Origin: Vicinamibacterales bacterium
GTDB lineage: Bacteria; Acidobacteriota; Vicinamibacteria; Vicinamibacterales; SCN-69-37
DNA: 64,000 nucleotides
Assembly: GCA_036675475.1 (NCBI GenBank)
Contig: JAKFEY010000027.1
Coordinates: 47,012 to 111,011 of the forward strand
Reading direction: 5' to 3'
Under the pieces are notes generated by a model. The model was given only the letters and a program-made list of their open reading frames with translations. It did no database searches and was not told where the DNA came from. A program made the position numbers and the translations under genes. Below are positions 32,751 through 42,477 of the stretch, one piece after another (positions within the stretch are counted from its first letter, which is position 1; the number at the start of each line of letters is the position of its first letter).

Positions 32751-35171
32751 TCAGTACGCCGCGAGCGCGCGGGCCGCGCGCTCGATTTCGGCCTCGCCCG
32801 GCAGGAACGCGTCTTCGAGCGGCGGCGAGTACGGCACCGGGGTGTCGAGGGCGCCGATGATGCGGACGGGCGCATCGAGCCATTCGAACGCCTCTTCCTG
32901 GATCACGGCCGCCACGCTTTCGCCGATGCCGCCGGTGCGCGAGTCCTCGTGCACGATCAGGATCTTGCCGCAATGGCGCGCGACGCGCAGTACGGTTTCG
33001 CGATCGAGCGGCGCAATGGTGCGCAGATCGAGCACCGATGCGTCGATGCCGTCTTTCGCGAGCGCCTCGGCGACACGCAGCGCGACATGGACGTAGGCCC
33101 CATAGGAGATCAGTGCCAGGTCCGAACCGGCGCGGCGCAGCGCGGCGCGGCCGATCGGGATCGGCGCCGGCGCGTCCGATCCAATCGCCTGCTTGATGCG
33201 CGGATCGCGATAGAGCCCGATGTGCTCGTAGTAGAGCACCGGATCCGGATCGGCCACCGCGGCCGCCATCAGCGCGCGCGCGTCGTGCGGCGTCGAGGGC
33301 GTCACGATCTTCAGCCCGGGCGTGCGATAGAACCACGGCTCGGTGTTCTGGCTGTGGTACGGGCCGGCATGGCGCAAGCCGCCCCACGGCATGCGCACCA
33401 CCATGGGTACGTCGCCGCCCCACCGGTATCGAATCTTCGCGGCGTTGTTGACCAGTTGATTGAAGCCCGTGGCCACGAAGTCGTTGAACTGCATTTCGCC
33501 GATCGGGCGCTGGCCGGCCAGGGCCGCGCCGACGCAGACGCCGAGCACGCCCGCCTCGGCAATCGGCGAGTTGATGATGCGGTCGCCGAATTCCTTCAGC
33601 AGCGGGCGCAAGAGCAGAAACGCGTTGCCATAAGCGCCGCCGACGTCCTCGCCGTACACGAACGTGCGCGGGTCGCCGCGCAGCGCATCGCCGACCCCCA
33701 GCATCACCGCTTCGAGAAAGGTGGCGCCCTTGCGATCGAAGGGCGGCGCGGCCTCGACCTCGGGCAGCGTGTCGTCAGGACGCGGCCGCGCGCCGGCGGG
33801 ATCGATCGGATCGACGCGCGTGCGCGGCGCCTCGTCCTTGAAGACGCCGGCGCCGACGCGTGACGCGTCGGGCCACGGCGCCGCAATCACCTGCGCGGCC
33901 GCGTCCTCGACGAGCGTTTCGATTTCCTTCTTCCAGCCCTCGATCTCGCCAGGCGTAACCACGCGCTCGTCGATCAAGCGGGCGGCGTAGGTGTGAATGG
34001 GATCGCGGCCGGCCCAGTAGGCATAGCGCTCGGCATTGGCGTAGCCCTGATCGGTCAGCGGCGGATAGTCCCACGCGCCGGTCGCCGCCTGCGGTTCCTT
34101 GCCGAGATAGAGCATGTCGTCGTGATGCGCGTGCCCGCACATCCGCATGGCCACCAGCTCAATGAGGGCCGGGCCCTTGCCGTCACGCGCGCGCTCGACG
34201 GCCCACGCAAACGCCGCGGCAATGTCATCGGCGTCGGTGCCGTCGATGGTGATGCCGGGCACGCCGTAGCCGGCCGCCTTGTCGGCGAACACGCGCACGG
34301 CGGATTGGTCGGACAGCGGCGTCGACAGCGCCGTTTGATTGTTCTGCAGGCAGAAGACTGCGGGCAGCTTGCGCGCGGCGGCAAGGTTGATGGCTTCGTG
34401 CCACTCGCCAAGCGACGAACCGCCCTCGCCGATGAACGACAACGCCACACGGCCGCGGCCTTCGCGCGCGAAGGCCATCGCCATGCCCGCCGCCGTCAGC
34501 GTGCTGATGGTGAGCGGCGCCGCCGCCGGAAGAATGCCCGCGCCGAGATCGCCGACGTGCAGATCGCGGCCGTCCATGGGCGGCCCGGCCTTCGCCATCT
34601 GCGCCGACAGCACCTGCCGCACAGTCTCGGCGGTGGGCCGCATGGCCAACGCGACGCCGAGGTCGCGAATCAGCGGCGCGACGACATCGCCGTTCCACCC
34701 GGAAGCCTCACGATAGGCGTCGCCGCGGCGAAGGCGAATGCCGGCCGCGTAAATGGCTTCCTGGCCGAGCGATCGGAACCCCTTGCCCTGGAAAGCCGCC
34801 GCGCCGTATTTCACTTCCCCGCTGCCGAAAAACACCTTGAGCCGGTTGTCGGTCGCGCGTGTCAGCAGCATGCCCCGCAGCATCTCGCGCCGCTCGTCGC
34901 GCGTGAGCGACGCCTTGATCGCCTCGCGCCGCAGCAAGCCGTCGCACGCGTCGCCGAGCTCCGCGATCGCCTGCGCGCGCCGCGCCTCAGCCGTCACGCA
35001 CGGCGTGGTGTCGGGCAGCGGCGCCGGCGGCGCCGCGCTGAAGCGGCGTGTCAGCTCGGCTCGAAAGCGCGACGGGTCGCCGCCCGCGGCGTCGAATGAC
35101 GCCAGCACGAGATCGAGCGCGAACGGGAAGCGTTCGGTGACGAATGCACCAAGCTTCGTGGCTACAGACAC
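32751..35171 (-). CDS. Fused 2-oxoacid dehydrogenase E1 component (alpha+beta subunits in one polypeptide, TPP-dependent)
   Basis: 806 aa. The alpha part has the TPP motif FIGEGGSSLGEWHEAINLAAARKLPAVFCLQNNQTA. The beta part has NSPIAEAGVLGVCVGAALAGQRPIGEMQFNDF and a C-terminal transketolase-C region. Confidence 0.85.
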   Translation of the reverse strand: MSVATKLGAFVTERFPFALDLVLASFDAAGGDPSRFRAELTRRFSAAPPAPLPDTTPCVTAEARRAQAIAELGDACDGLLRREAIKASLTRDERREMLRGMLLTRATDNRLKVFFGSGEVKYGAAAFQGKGFRSLGQEAIYAAGIRLRRGDAYREASGWNGDVVAPLIRDLGVALAMRPTAETVRQVLSAQMAKAGPPMDGRDLHVGDLGAGILPAAAPLTISTLTAAGMAMAFAREGRGRVALSFIGEGGSSLGEWHEAINLAAARKLPAVFCLQNNQTALSTPLSDQSAVRVFADKAAGYGVPGITIDGTDADDIAAAFAWAVERARDGKGPALIELVAMRMCGHAHHDDMLYLGKEPQAATGAWDYPPLTDQGYANAERYAYWAGRDPIHTYAARLIDERVVTPGEIEGWKKEIETLVEDAAAQVIAAPWPDASRVGAGVFKDEAPRTRVDPIDPAGARPRPDDTLPEVEAAPPFDRKGATFLEAVMLGVGDALRGDPRTFVYGEDVGGAYGNAFLLLRPLLKEFGDRIINSPIAEAGVLGVCVGAALAGQRPIGEMQFNDFVATGFNQLVNNAAKIRYRWGGDVPMVVRMPWGGLRHAGPYHSQNTEPWFYRTPGLKIVTPSTPHDARALMAAAVADPDPVLYYEHIGLYRDPRIKQAIGSDAPAPIPIGRAALRRAGSDLALISYGAYVHVALRVAEALAKDGIDASVLDLRTIAPLDRETVLRVARHCGKILIVHEDSRTGGIGESVAAVIQEEAFEWLDAPVRIIGALDTPVPYSPPLEDAFLPGEAEIERAARALAAY

Positions 35172-35176
35172 AGGAA

Positions 35177-36355
35177 CTAGATTCTACCGCCTTGCCCTGA
35201 CCGCGGGCCGAAGACCACGACGAGAAAGAGCGCGAGACCCGCCATGCGATAACCGCCGGCGGCGAGCGGATCGAGCATGGACGCGAGCCCACGCGGCTCC
35301 ATCAGGTGGCGCCACACACTCGGTGGGCTGGCGATCATGATGGCCATGGCAAGCACGCCGAGCGCGCGGACCGCACGCGTGGTGTGCGACAGACAAAACG
35401 CGAGCGCGGGAATGGCAAGCAGCAGGTCGTAGCTCAGATGCCGGAACGCGAGGAGTGACAACAGCGATGCCGCCGCAAGAAACCGAAGATCGAAGTCACG
35501 GTCGCGGCGCCGCCGGATCACCAGAAGGCCCGCCGCCAGGAGCAGCGCGACAGTCGCCTGCAGCGTCACCGGCGCCAGACCCGTAAAAGCCAGCAGCGGC
35601 TGCAGGCTGGTTTCGCCCGCCGGTAGATCGGCGCGGTTCTGCGTGCGCACCAGCGCCTGCAGCCATTCGGACACCACCGTCACCGGCGGGCGCATCGCGC
35701 GCGCGATGTACGCCGCACACAACACGGCCGGCGTGGCCAGTGCATACCCGGCGGTTTGCCAGCGCCGCGCGGCGAGGGCCCACAACAGCGCCGGGCCGCC
35801 TATCTGCGGCTTGATCAGCGACAGGCCGATCGACACGCCGGCGAGGCGGGGATAGCGATCGGCCCCGGCGAAGCCGGCCAGCGCCGCCGCGAACGACAGC
35901 ACCGAAAACTGCAGCGGGATCCGGAACGGCGGCATCGCAAGGACCGCCGCGCCAAACAGCAGCGCGTGGGCGCGCGAGCGGACGAACCCGGCCGACAACA
36001 CGGCGATCGCCGCCGACAGCGCGACGTGCAGCCACGACCAGAGCGCGATGGCGTGCGGCAGCGCCAGGAGCGCGAGCGGCGCCAGCAGAACCAGCGCGTT
36101 GGGCGGATAGTCAACGGAGGGCAGCGACGGCGCATAGACATCCGCGCCATCCAGCCACGCCCGGCACCACACGAGCACGACCTCGAAGTCTCCCGTGCTT
36201 TCCGCAGTCCGCCGGAACAGCAGCCCGAAGCCGACATTGGCCGCGGCCAGCATCAGCAGCGCGGCGCCCGCGATCGGCCGCCACGCGCGGCGGCTCAGCG
36301 CGGCCGCGGCTTCGCCCGCGCCGTCGGCGCCGCGGTCAGCGGATCGTCGGGCCAT
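35177..36355 (-). CDS. Polytopic membrane protein, GT87/DUF2029-like glycosyltransferase candidate
   Basis: 392 aa with about 10 TM segments. The loop ADVYAPSLPSVDYPPNALVLLAPLALL resembles the DUF2029 family. The N-terminus overlaps the hrpB 3' end by 61 nt, so the start is uncertain. Confidence 0.45.
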   Translation of the reverse strand: MARRSADRGADGAGEAAAALSRRAWRPIAGAALLMLAAANVGFGLLFRRTAESTGDFEVVLVWCRAWLDGADVYAPSLPSVDYPPNALVLLAPLALLALPHAIALWSWLHVALSAAIAVLSAGFVRSRAHALLFGAAVLAMPPFRIPLQFSVLSFAAALAGFAGADRYPRLAGVSIGLSLIKPQIGGPALLWALAARRWQTAGYALATPAVLCAAYIARAMRPPVTVVSEWLQALVRTQNRADLPAGETSLQPLLAFTGLAPVTLQATVALLLAAGLLVIRRRRDRDFDLRFLAAASLLSLLAFRHLSYDLLLAIPALAFCLSHTTRAVRALGVLAMAIMIASPPSVWRHLMEPRGLASMLDPLAAGGYRMAGLALFLVVVFGPRSGQGGRI

Positions 36356-38595
36356 GGATGGCGAGGATAACGCGCGCGCAGCTCTTTGCGCACTTCGGGA
36401 TACCCGCGGCGCCAGAAGCTGGCGAGGTCCTGCGTGATCTGCACGGGCCGCCCGTTCGGCGCCAGCAGCTCGAAGGTCACCGGCGTGTTCATCACGCGCG
36501 GCGTCTCGGTGAGCCCGAACAACTCCTGCAGCTTCGCGGAGGCGACGATGGCGCCGTCGGCGCGATAGACGAGCGCCGTGCGCCTGCCGCTCGGCAGCGG
36601 CAGCGTGGCCGGCGCGCGCGATTCGAGCATCGTCCTGTCCGCGTACGGGAGGGCGCGCTCGAGATCGATCTCGTCGACGCGCGACGCCGACGCGGCCGCC
36701 AGAAGGGCGAGCGCGCGAAGGTCCGTGGCCAGGCCCGCAAAACGCAGGCGATCCAGCAACGCCTGCGCCTCGGCGTCACGGCCTGCGCGCGCGAGCCACG
36801 CCTCGGCCAGCAGCGGCGCGGCAGAGGCTGGATCAACGGGCACGTGGCGCGCGGCCACCGGCAACGCGTCGACGTAGCTGGTGCGCGTCGCGCGCACGGC
36901 GCCGTCAGGCGTGATCGCATGCTCCAGGGCATGCCGGTTGGGCGTCAGCCACGCGCGATCGACACCGGACGCGAGCCGCACGATCGGGCCACCCGCCGCG
37001 GTGAAGATGTCGAGGCACACGAGGAACTCACTCTCGATGACGCCGCTTTCGGCGGCGAGCGTGGCGCCCGTGCCAGACGCCAGCAGCAGCGAGCGGCTGC
37101 GCGGCTCGCGGCGCCTGGCCAGCCGATCGGCGAAGCCGGTGAACAGCGCGTGGCGAAGCGCCGCCTCGTCGATGCGCGCCCTCGAGCCGCCTGCCGCACG
37201 CGCGTACTCCTCAGCCGCGCGCTGCACCGGCGGCGGCATGCTGCGCCAGGCGTCGATGAGCGGCAGCAGATCGCAGTCGGTCGTCGCGGCCGCCTTCCCG
37301 CGCGCCGGCACCTGTGCCTCCGAGAGAATCGCGCATGCGGCCGCGGCGTCGAACGCGCCGCCCGCATCGATCAGGATTCGCGCGAGCCGCGGATGCAGCG
37401 GCAAGTCGCGCATCCTCAGGCCCAGCGGCGTGATCCGCTCGTCCGCATCGACCGCGCCAAGCCGCTCGAGCAGCGCGAACGCGGCGTCGACCGCCGCCGG
37501 CGGCGGCGCATCGAGCCAGCCGGCCGTCCGCGGATGGCCACCCCACGCGAGCAGCGTCAGCACCGCCGGCGCGAGATCGACGCGCGCCAGCTCGGGTTCG
37601 CGGTGCGCGCGCAGCGTGTCGCGCGCGTCCCAGAGCCGTACGGCGCGGCCGGCCTCGACGCGTCCCGCGCGGCCGGCGCGCTGATCCGCGGCGTCGCGCG
37701 TGATCCGCTCGGTGACGAGCACGTCAAGGCCGCGCGCCGCATCGAACCGCGAGACGCGCTGCAGGCCCGCGTCGATCACGACGGTGACGCCGGGCACGGT
37801 CAGCGATGTTTCCGCGATGTTCGTGGCGGCAATCACGCGCGGGCGCGTCGACGGCGTGATGGCGCGATCCTGCTCGTCGGGCGGCAGCCCGCCGTGCAGC
37901 GGCAGCGCATCGAAACCGTGGGCTCGCGCGTCCCCCTGCAACCCGTCCACAACCGTCCGGATCTCACGCGCGCCGGGAAGGAAACACAACACGCCCCGCG
38001 CGCCGCGCCGAATCTCGCGCGCCGCCACGGCGGCCGCGTCCGCGCCCGGCTCATAACTGATGTCGAGAGGATGCGTGCGCCCTTCGACCGTGATGACGGG
38101 CGCATCGCCGAGAAACGCCGACACGCGCGCCGCGTCGAGCGTGGCGGACATGACCACCAGCGACAGGTCCGGGCGCGCGCGCCAGGCCTCGCGGCTCATC
38201 GCGAGCGCCAGATCGGCGTGGATGGTGCGCTCGTGAAACTCGTCGAGCACGATGACCGCGAAATCCCCGGCGAGCGGATCGCGTTGAAGCCGCGCCGCCA
38301 GGATGCCTTCGGTCATGAAGAGCACGCGCGTGACGGGCCCGAACCGGCGATCGCCGCGCACCTGCCAGCCGACCTCGCCGCCCAGCGTCCAGCCGCGTTC
38401 GGCCGCCACGCGGCGCGCGAGCGATCGCGCTGCGATGCGCCGCGGCTGCAGCACCGCCACCGCGCCGGCGTCAGCCAGCGCCGGCGGCACGCGCGTCGTC
38501 TTGCCCGCGCCCGGCGCGGCCACGATGATGGCGGCGCGGCAGCGGCGGACCGTGTCGACGATCTCCGCCAGCCGCACGTCAATCGGCAGCTGCAC
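36295..38595 (-). CDS. hrpB: ATP-dependent RNA helicase HrpB (DEAH-box)
   Basis: It has AAPGAGKTTRVP (motif I), VLDEFHERTIHADL (DEFH), MSATLD, and a C-terminal HrpB domain. I chose the GTG start at 38593-38595 (VQLPIDVRLAEIV), 11 nt after the msrA stop; the exact start is uncertain. Confidence 0.85.
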   Translation of the reverse strand: MQLPIDVRLAEIVDTVRRCRAAIIVAAPGAGKTTRVPPALADAGAVAVLQPRRIAARSLARRVAAERGWTLGGEVGWQVRGDRRFGPVTRVLFMTEGILAARLQRDPLAGDFAVIVLDEFHERTIHADLALAMSREAWRARPDLSLVVMSATLDAARVSAFLGDAPVITVEGRTHPLDISYEPGADAAAVAAREIRRGARGVLCFLPGAREIRTVVDGLQGDARAHGFDALPLHGGLPPDEQDRAITPSTRPRVIAATNIAETSLTVPGVTVVIDAGLQRVSRFDAARGLDVLVTERITRDAADQRAGRAGRVEAGRAVRLWDARDTLRAHREPELARVDLAPAVLTLLAWGGHPRTAGWLDAPPPAAVDAAFALLERLGAVDADERITPLGLRMRDLPLHPRLARILIDAGGAFDAAAACAILSEAQVPARGKAAATTDCDLLPLIDAWRSMPPPVQRAAEEYARAAGGSRARIDEAALRHALFTGFADRLARRREPRSRSLLLASGTGATLAAESGVIESEFLVCLDIFTAAGGPIVRLASGVDRAWLTPNRHALEHAITPDGAVRATRTSYVDALPVAARHVPVDPASAAPLLAEAWLARAGRDAEAQALLDRLRFAGLATDLRALALLAAASASRVDEIDLERALPYADRTMLESRAPATLPLPSGRRTALVYRADGAIVASAKLQELFGLTETPRVMNTPVTFELLAPNGRPVQITQDLASFWRRGYPEVRKELRARYPRHPWPDDPLTAAPTARAKPRPR

Positions 38596-38606
38596 GCGGT
38601 CGGCGG

Positions 38607-39161
38607 CTATGCGCAGGTGACGCCGGTACCGCCGAGGCCGCAATAGCCATTCGGGTTCCGGGCAAGGTACTGCTGGTGGTACGCCTCGGCGAGGTAGTAC
38701 TCGGGCGCGCGGCGCAGCTCCGTGGTGATGCGGCCGTGGCCGGCCGCGGTGAGGCGCGCCTGAAAATCGGCGAGCGACTGCTCCGCCGCCACGCGCTGCG
38801 CCTCCGTGGTCCAGTAGATCGCCGACCGGTACTGCGTGCCCACGTCGTTGCCCTGGCGATTGCCCTGCGTCGGATCGTGGCTTTCCCAGAAAACGCGCAG
38901 CAGGTCCTCGTAGCGCACTCTCGACGGGTCGTACGCGACGAGCACGACTTCGGCGTGACCCGTGCGTCCGCTGCACACCTGTTCGTACGTGGGGTTGGAC
39001 GTCGTGCCGCCCGCATAGCCGGCCGAGGTGGAGTACACGCCGTCGACCTGCCAGAACTTCCGCTCGGCGCCCCAGAAGCAGCCCATCCCGAACACCGCGG
39101 TTTCCGTACCCTCGGGAAACGGGGGCATCAGCGGCGTGCCCAGGACCAGATGTCTTTCCAT
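38607..39161 (-). CDS. msrA: Peptide-methionine (S)-S-oxide reductase MsrA
   Basis: It has [13 protein letters not shown]...GYAGG...[21 protein letters not shown] (MERHLVLG) at 39159-39161 is preferred over the TTG at 39191 used by the track. Confidence 0.9.
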   Translation of the reverse strand: MERHLVLGTPLMPPFPEGTETAVFGMGCFWGAERKFWQVDGVYSTSAGYAGGTTSNPTYEQVCSGRTGHAEVVLVAYDPSRVRYEDLLRVFWESHDPTQGNRQGNDVGTQYRSAIYWTTEAQRVAAEQSLADFQARLTAAGHGRITTELRRAPEYYLAEAYHQQYLARNPNGYCGLGGTGVTCA

Positions 39162-39165
39162 CGTT

Positions 39166-39987
39166 TCATTTTGCCTGTTTCGCGAGCTCAACGATCTCTT
39201 CGACCGGCAGAACGACCGGAAGGATCCCGGCGCCTTCCGAGCCCTGCATCATCGCGAACATGCTCATGCGGCCGGCCGACTGGCTGCGCATCACGATCAG
39301 GCCGAGGAACCGGCCTGCCGTGTCGAACACCGGAGACCCGAGGCCGCCCCCATTCACCGACGGGGCCGCGACGATGTAGAGCGTGCGCGGCTTGTCGACG
39401 ACGGCCTGCACCGAGCCGAATGAGACGCCGGGCTTCCAGCCCGTCATTTCGCCGAAGCGCTGCAGCACGAAGACGAGGTCGGCCGCCTGCGCGATGCCCG
39501 GCGCGGTCATGTCCACCGACACCATCGGCGAGGACGGCGCCTCGGCCGGGCGCAGGAACACGAGATCGAGATCGCGGTCGCGCAGCACGATGCGCGCCGG
39601 CACCTCCTGGCCGCCATCGAGCCGCATGCGGATGTTCGACTGCTCGACCGACAGCTCCATCTGCGGCGCGCCGGGCACGCCGCTCATCACGCGCTTGAAC
39701 ATGTCCGAGGGATCGAGCTGCGACAGCGCCGTTACGGCCAGGCCCGTGCCATCGAGCACCACGGCGTTGGCCGTGACGGTGTCTTCGATTGCGTCGCCGC
39801 CGCCCGGTCCCGGCATGCCGCGCATCTTGATCGTCGCCATGACCGTGACCACCGCGCCGGCACGCTTGGCGAGCAGGGCGCGGGCAGCGCCGCGATCCTC
39901 AGCAGTCTGCGCGGATGTGCCCGTGGCTGACGCGGCGAGCAGCATGAGCGCGGCCGCCGGGATTGCCGATCGTTTCAGAATGTTCAT
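39166..39987 (-). CDS. Secreted trypsin-fold (S1C-like) pseudoprotease, no catalytic His/Ser
   Basis: Start [21 protein letters not shown] (signal peptide) at 39985-39987. The DLDLVFLR (Asp motif) is kept, but GNSGGP is replaced by GGLGSP. The whole 273-aa protein contains no histidine. Confidence 0.6.
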   Translation of the reverse strand: MNILKRSAIPAAALMLLAASATGTSAQTAEDRGAARALLAKRAGAVVTVMATIKMRGMPGPGGGDAIEDTVTANAVVLDGTGLAVTALSQLDPSDMFKRVMSGVPGAPQMELSVEQSNIRMRLDGGQEVPARIVLRDRDLDLVFLRPAEAPSSPMVSVDMTAPGIAQAADLVFVLQRFGEMTGWKPGVSFGSVQAVVDKPRTLYIVAAPSVNGGGLGSPVFDTAGRFLGLIVMRSQSAGRMSMFAMMQGSEGAGILPVVLPVEEIVELAKQAK

Positions 39988-39991
39988 GGTG

Positions 39992-41983
39992 TCAATTCCA
40001 GGTGGGCTGCAGCTCGACGAAGCGCGTGCGCACGCCGCGGCGGACGAGCAGGATGACCGACGCGGGCTTGCGCGCGGCAATGGATTTCATGGCCGCCTCG
40101 AGTTCGGCGACCGACGCAACCGGACGGCTGTCGACCGCCACGATGATGTCGCCGGCGTTCAGCTGCGCCAGATCGGCCCAGCCGCCTCGGCTCACGTTCT
40201 CCACCAGGACGCCGCGCGTGGATGCCGGTACTTTTCTGCCGTCGCGATCGCCGGCGGTGAGATCGCGCGCATCGAACTCGAACAGGCTGTCGGCATAACG
40301 CGCCATCTCGCGCGGTTGCTTCGGCGACGCCGCGAGAGTCACGGGCATCGGCAGCTCTGCGCCGCCGCGCACGACCGTCAGCGGCACGCTCGCGCCGATC
40401 CGGTAGCGCCGAATCGCCGCACCGAAGACTTCCTCGTCGCCGGGACTCGTGGCGCGGACGGGCTCCCCGTCGATCGCCACAATCACATCGCCGACCCGAA
40501 GCCCGCTGGCCGGCTCGAGCACGCGCGTGACCAGCACGCCGGTCCGGCCGGTAAGCTGCAGGCGTTCCGCCAGCGGCGGCGTCAGCACCTGCACGGCGAC
40601 CGGCACCCACGCCTTCGCCGCCTCGAGCCCGCCATCGTCCTGCCGGTTCTCGCCCGCCTGCACGACCGTGAGGCGGCGTTCGAGCCCGCGCTCGAACGTC
40701 ACGAGCAGATTCGCGTTCGTCCCGCCCTTGAGGGCCGCCGCCGTCCGCGCCTCGACATCCGCGACCGAAGTGACGGGCGTACCGTCGACTGCCACAACCA
40801 CATCGCCGTCCTGCAGCGGCGGTCTGGCTTCCGACGCCGGGCCGCCTGGCCGCAGGTTGATCACGCGTGCGCCCTCGCGTGAGTCGCGGCCGATCTCGCG
40901 CGCTTCGATCGCTGAGAGATCGGACGCCGTCATGCCCCACGCGCGAAGTTCGGTACGCGCCGAACGCGCGGGGCCGCGCACGTCAGGCGTGATGGTGACG
41001 CTCACGGGCGTACCCGCGCGGCGCAACTCCATTCGAACGGGCTTGCCGATCGGCAGGCCATAAAGCAGCTGGTTGACGGCCGGCAGCTGCTCCGCGAAGC
41101 GCGCCACCACCGCCGCATCCTCGACCATCTCGAGCACGTCGCCGGCAGCGACGCCCGCCCTGGCGGCGGGGGAATCCTCAGCCACCCACGAAATCAGCGC
41201 GCCATCCTTCATGGTGCCAACCAGCGGCTGCACCTCGAAGCCGGTCCAGCTGCGGCGGACGGTGCCGTCCTTGATGAGCGCGCTGACGACACGCTCGGCG
41301 AGGTCGATGGGGATCGCGCCGGCGAGGCCGAAGCTGATCTCATTGATGCCCACGATTTGCCCGTCAAGATTGACGAGCGGTCCGCCCGAGTTGCCGGGAA
41401 AAATCGCCGCGTCGTGGCCGATCCACCGCACGATCGATCCCACGTCTTCGCCGTCGAGCGTCATCTGCGTGCGGAACATACGCGGCATGATGAGCTCGGT
41501 GTTGCTCACCACGCCAAGCGTGACCGACTGCGACACCGACAGCGGGCTGCCCATCGCGAGCACCGGCTGGCCGCGCGTGAGGGCGGACGACGATCCGAAT
41601 GAGGCAGCCGGAAACGTCCGCGGCACCGCCGGCCGAAGCTTCAGCACGGCGATGTCGGAGAGGGGATCGGTCCCAATCAGATCCGCGGGCACTTCTTCGC
41701 GGGTCGGCAGCGTGCAGATGATGCGCCGCGTCCGGCCGGCCACGTGATGGTTGGTGACGACGAAGCCGTCAGGAGTGATGATGGTGCCGCTGCCCGAGGA
41801 CTCGAGTTTGATCTCGCGCCCTTCTTCGTGCTCGATGGCGACCACCGAGATGCGCACGAGGCTGGGATAGACCGCGGCAATGGCGCGATCGATGGCGGCC
41901 CGATCGGCCGTCTGGGAAAACGACGGGCCTGGCATCGCCAGGCCCGACAGCAGCACGACGGCAGCGGCGCGCGTGAAAATCAC
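39992..41983 (-). CDS. HtrA/DegP-family serine protease with four PDZ domains
   Basis: 663 aa with a signal peptide and the triad motifs VTNHHVAG, DIAVLKL and GNSGGPLVN. There are four PDZ cores: AGDVLEMVE, DGDVVVAVDGTPV, VGDVIVAIDGEPV and AGDIIVAVDSRPV. Confidence 0.85.
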   Translation of the reverse strand: MIFTRAAAVVLLSGLAMPGPSFSQTADRAAIDRAIAAVYPSLVRISVVAIEHEEGREIKLESSGSGTIITPDGFVVTNHHVAGRTRRIICTLPTREEVPADLIGTDPLSDIAVLKLRPAVPRTFPAASFGSSSALTRGQPVLAMGSPLSVSQSVTLGVVSNTELIMPRMFRTQMTLDGEDVGSIVRWIGHDAAIFPGNSGGPLVNLDGQIVGINEISFGLAGAIPIDLAERVVSALIKDGTVRRSWTGFEVQPLVGTMKDGALISWVAEDSPAARAGVAAGDVLEMVEDAAVVARFAEQLPAVNQLLYGLPIGKPVRMELRRAGTPVSVTITPDVRGPARSARTELRAWGMTASDLSAIEAREIGRDSREGARVINLRPGGPASEARPPLQDGDVVVAVDGTPVTSVADVEARTAAALKGGTNANLLVTFERGLERRLTVVQAGENRQDDGGLEAAKAWVPVAVQVLTPPLAERLQLTGRTGVLVTRVLEPASGLRVGDVIVAIDGEPVRATSPGDEEVFGAAIRRYRIGASVPLTVVRGGAELPMPVTLAASPKQPREMARYADSLFEFDARDLTAGDRDGRKVPASTRGVLVENVSRGGWADLAQLNAGDIIVAVDSRPVASVAELEAAMKSIAARKPASVILLVRRGVRTRFVELQPTWN

Positions 41984-41992
41984 CCGCGCATC

Positions 41993-42436
41993 TTATCCCG
42001 CCGCCGGCGCATCTTCCTTGTAGATCGCGCAGCCCGCATATCCGCCGGCCAGCGCCGCAGCCAGCCCGCCGAGGGTGACGAGGGCCACGAGAGGGAGGCT
42101 GTACATGTTGAGGAACACGAACGACCCGTAGGCGATGTGCGAGACGCCCCAGACGAGCAGCGCCGCTTTCGCGGCGGTGCCGGCGCCGGGGCCGAAGCGC
42201 GGCCGCATGGCCGCGTACGCCCACACGATCAGGATGCCGTACAGAAAGTCGGTGACGACCCAGCCGATCATCGAGCTGGTGTTGACGGCCGGATCCACGA
42301 GCCGCGGGTTGAGGGCCGTGGCCTCGTCGAGCCATCGCTGGGCCAGCCAGACGCCGTTGACGAGAAAGTCGACGAAGTTCATGACGGCGCCGGCGAGCAG
42401 GCCGCCGCCAAGCACGCGTCCGGTATTGATGGCCAT
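41993..42436 (-). CDS. Small integral membrane protein (4 TM), unknown function
   Basis: The 147-aa ORF is hydrophobic and sits in the same-strand run between the VWFA and HtrA genes. I recognise no family motif. Confidence 0.45.
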   Translation of the reverse strand: MAINTGRVLGGGLLAGAVMNFVDFLVNGVWLAQRWLDEATALNPRLVDPAVNTSSMIGWVVTDFLYGILIVWAYAAMRPRFGPGAGTAAKAALLVWGVSHIAYGSFVFLNMYSLPLVALVTLGGLAAALAGGYAGCAIYKEDAPAAG

Positions 42437-42477
42437 GGTGGCGACAGCATACGCTCGACGCCGCCCGGCGTAAAGCG

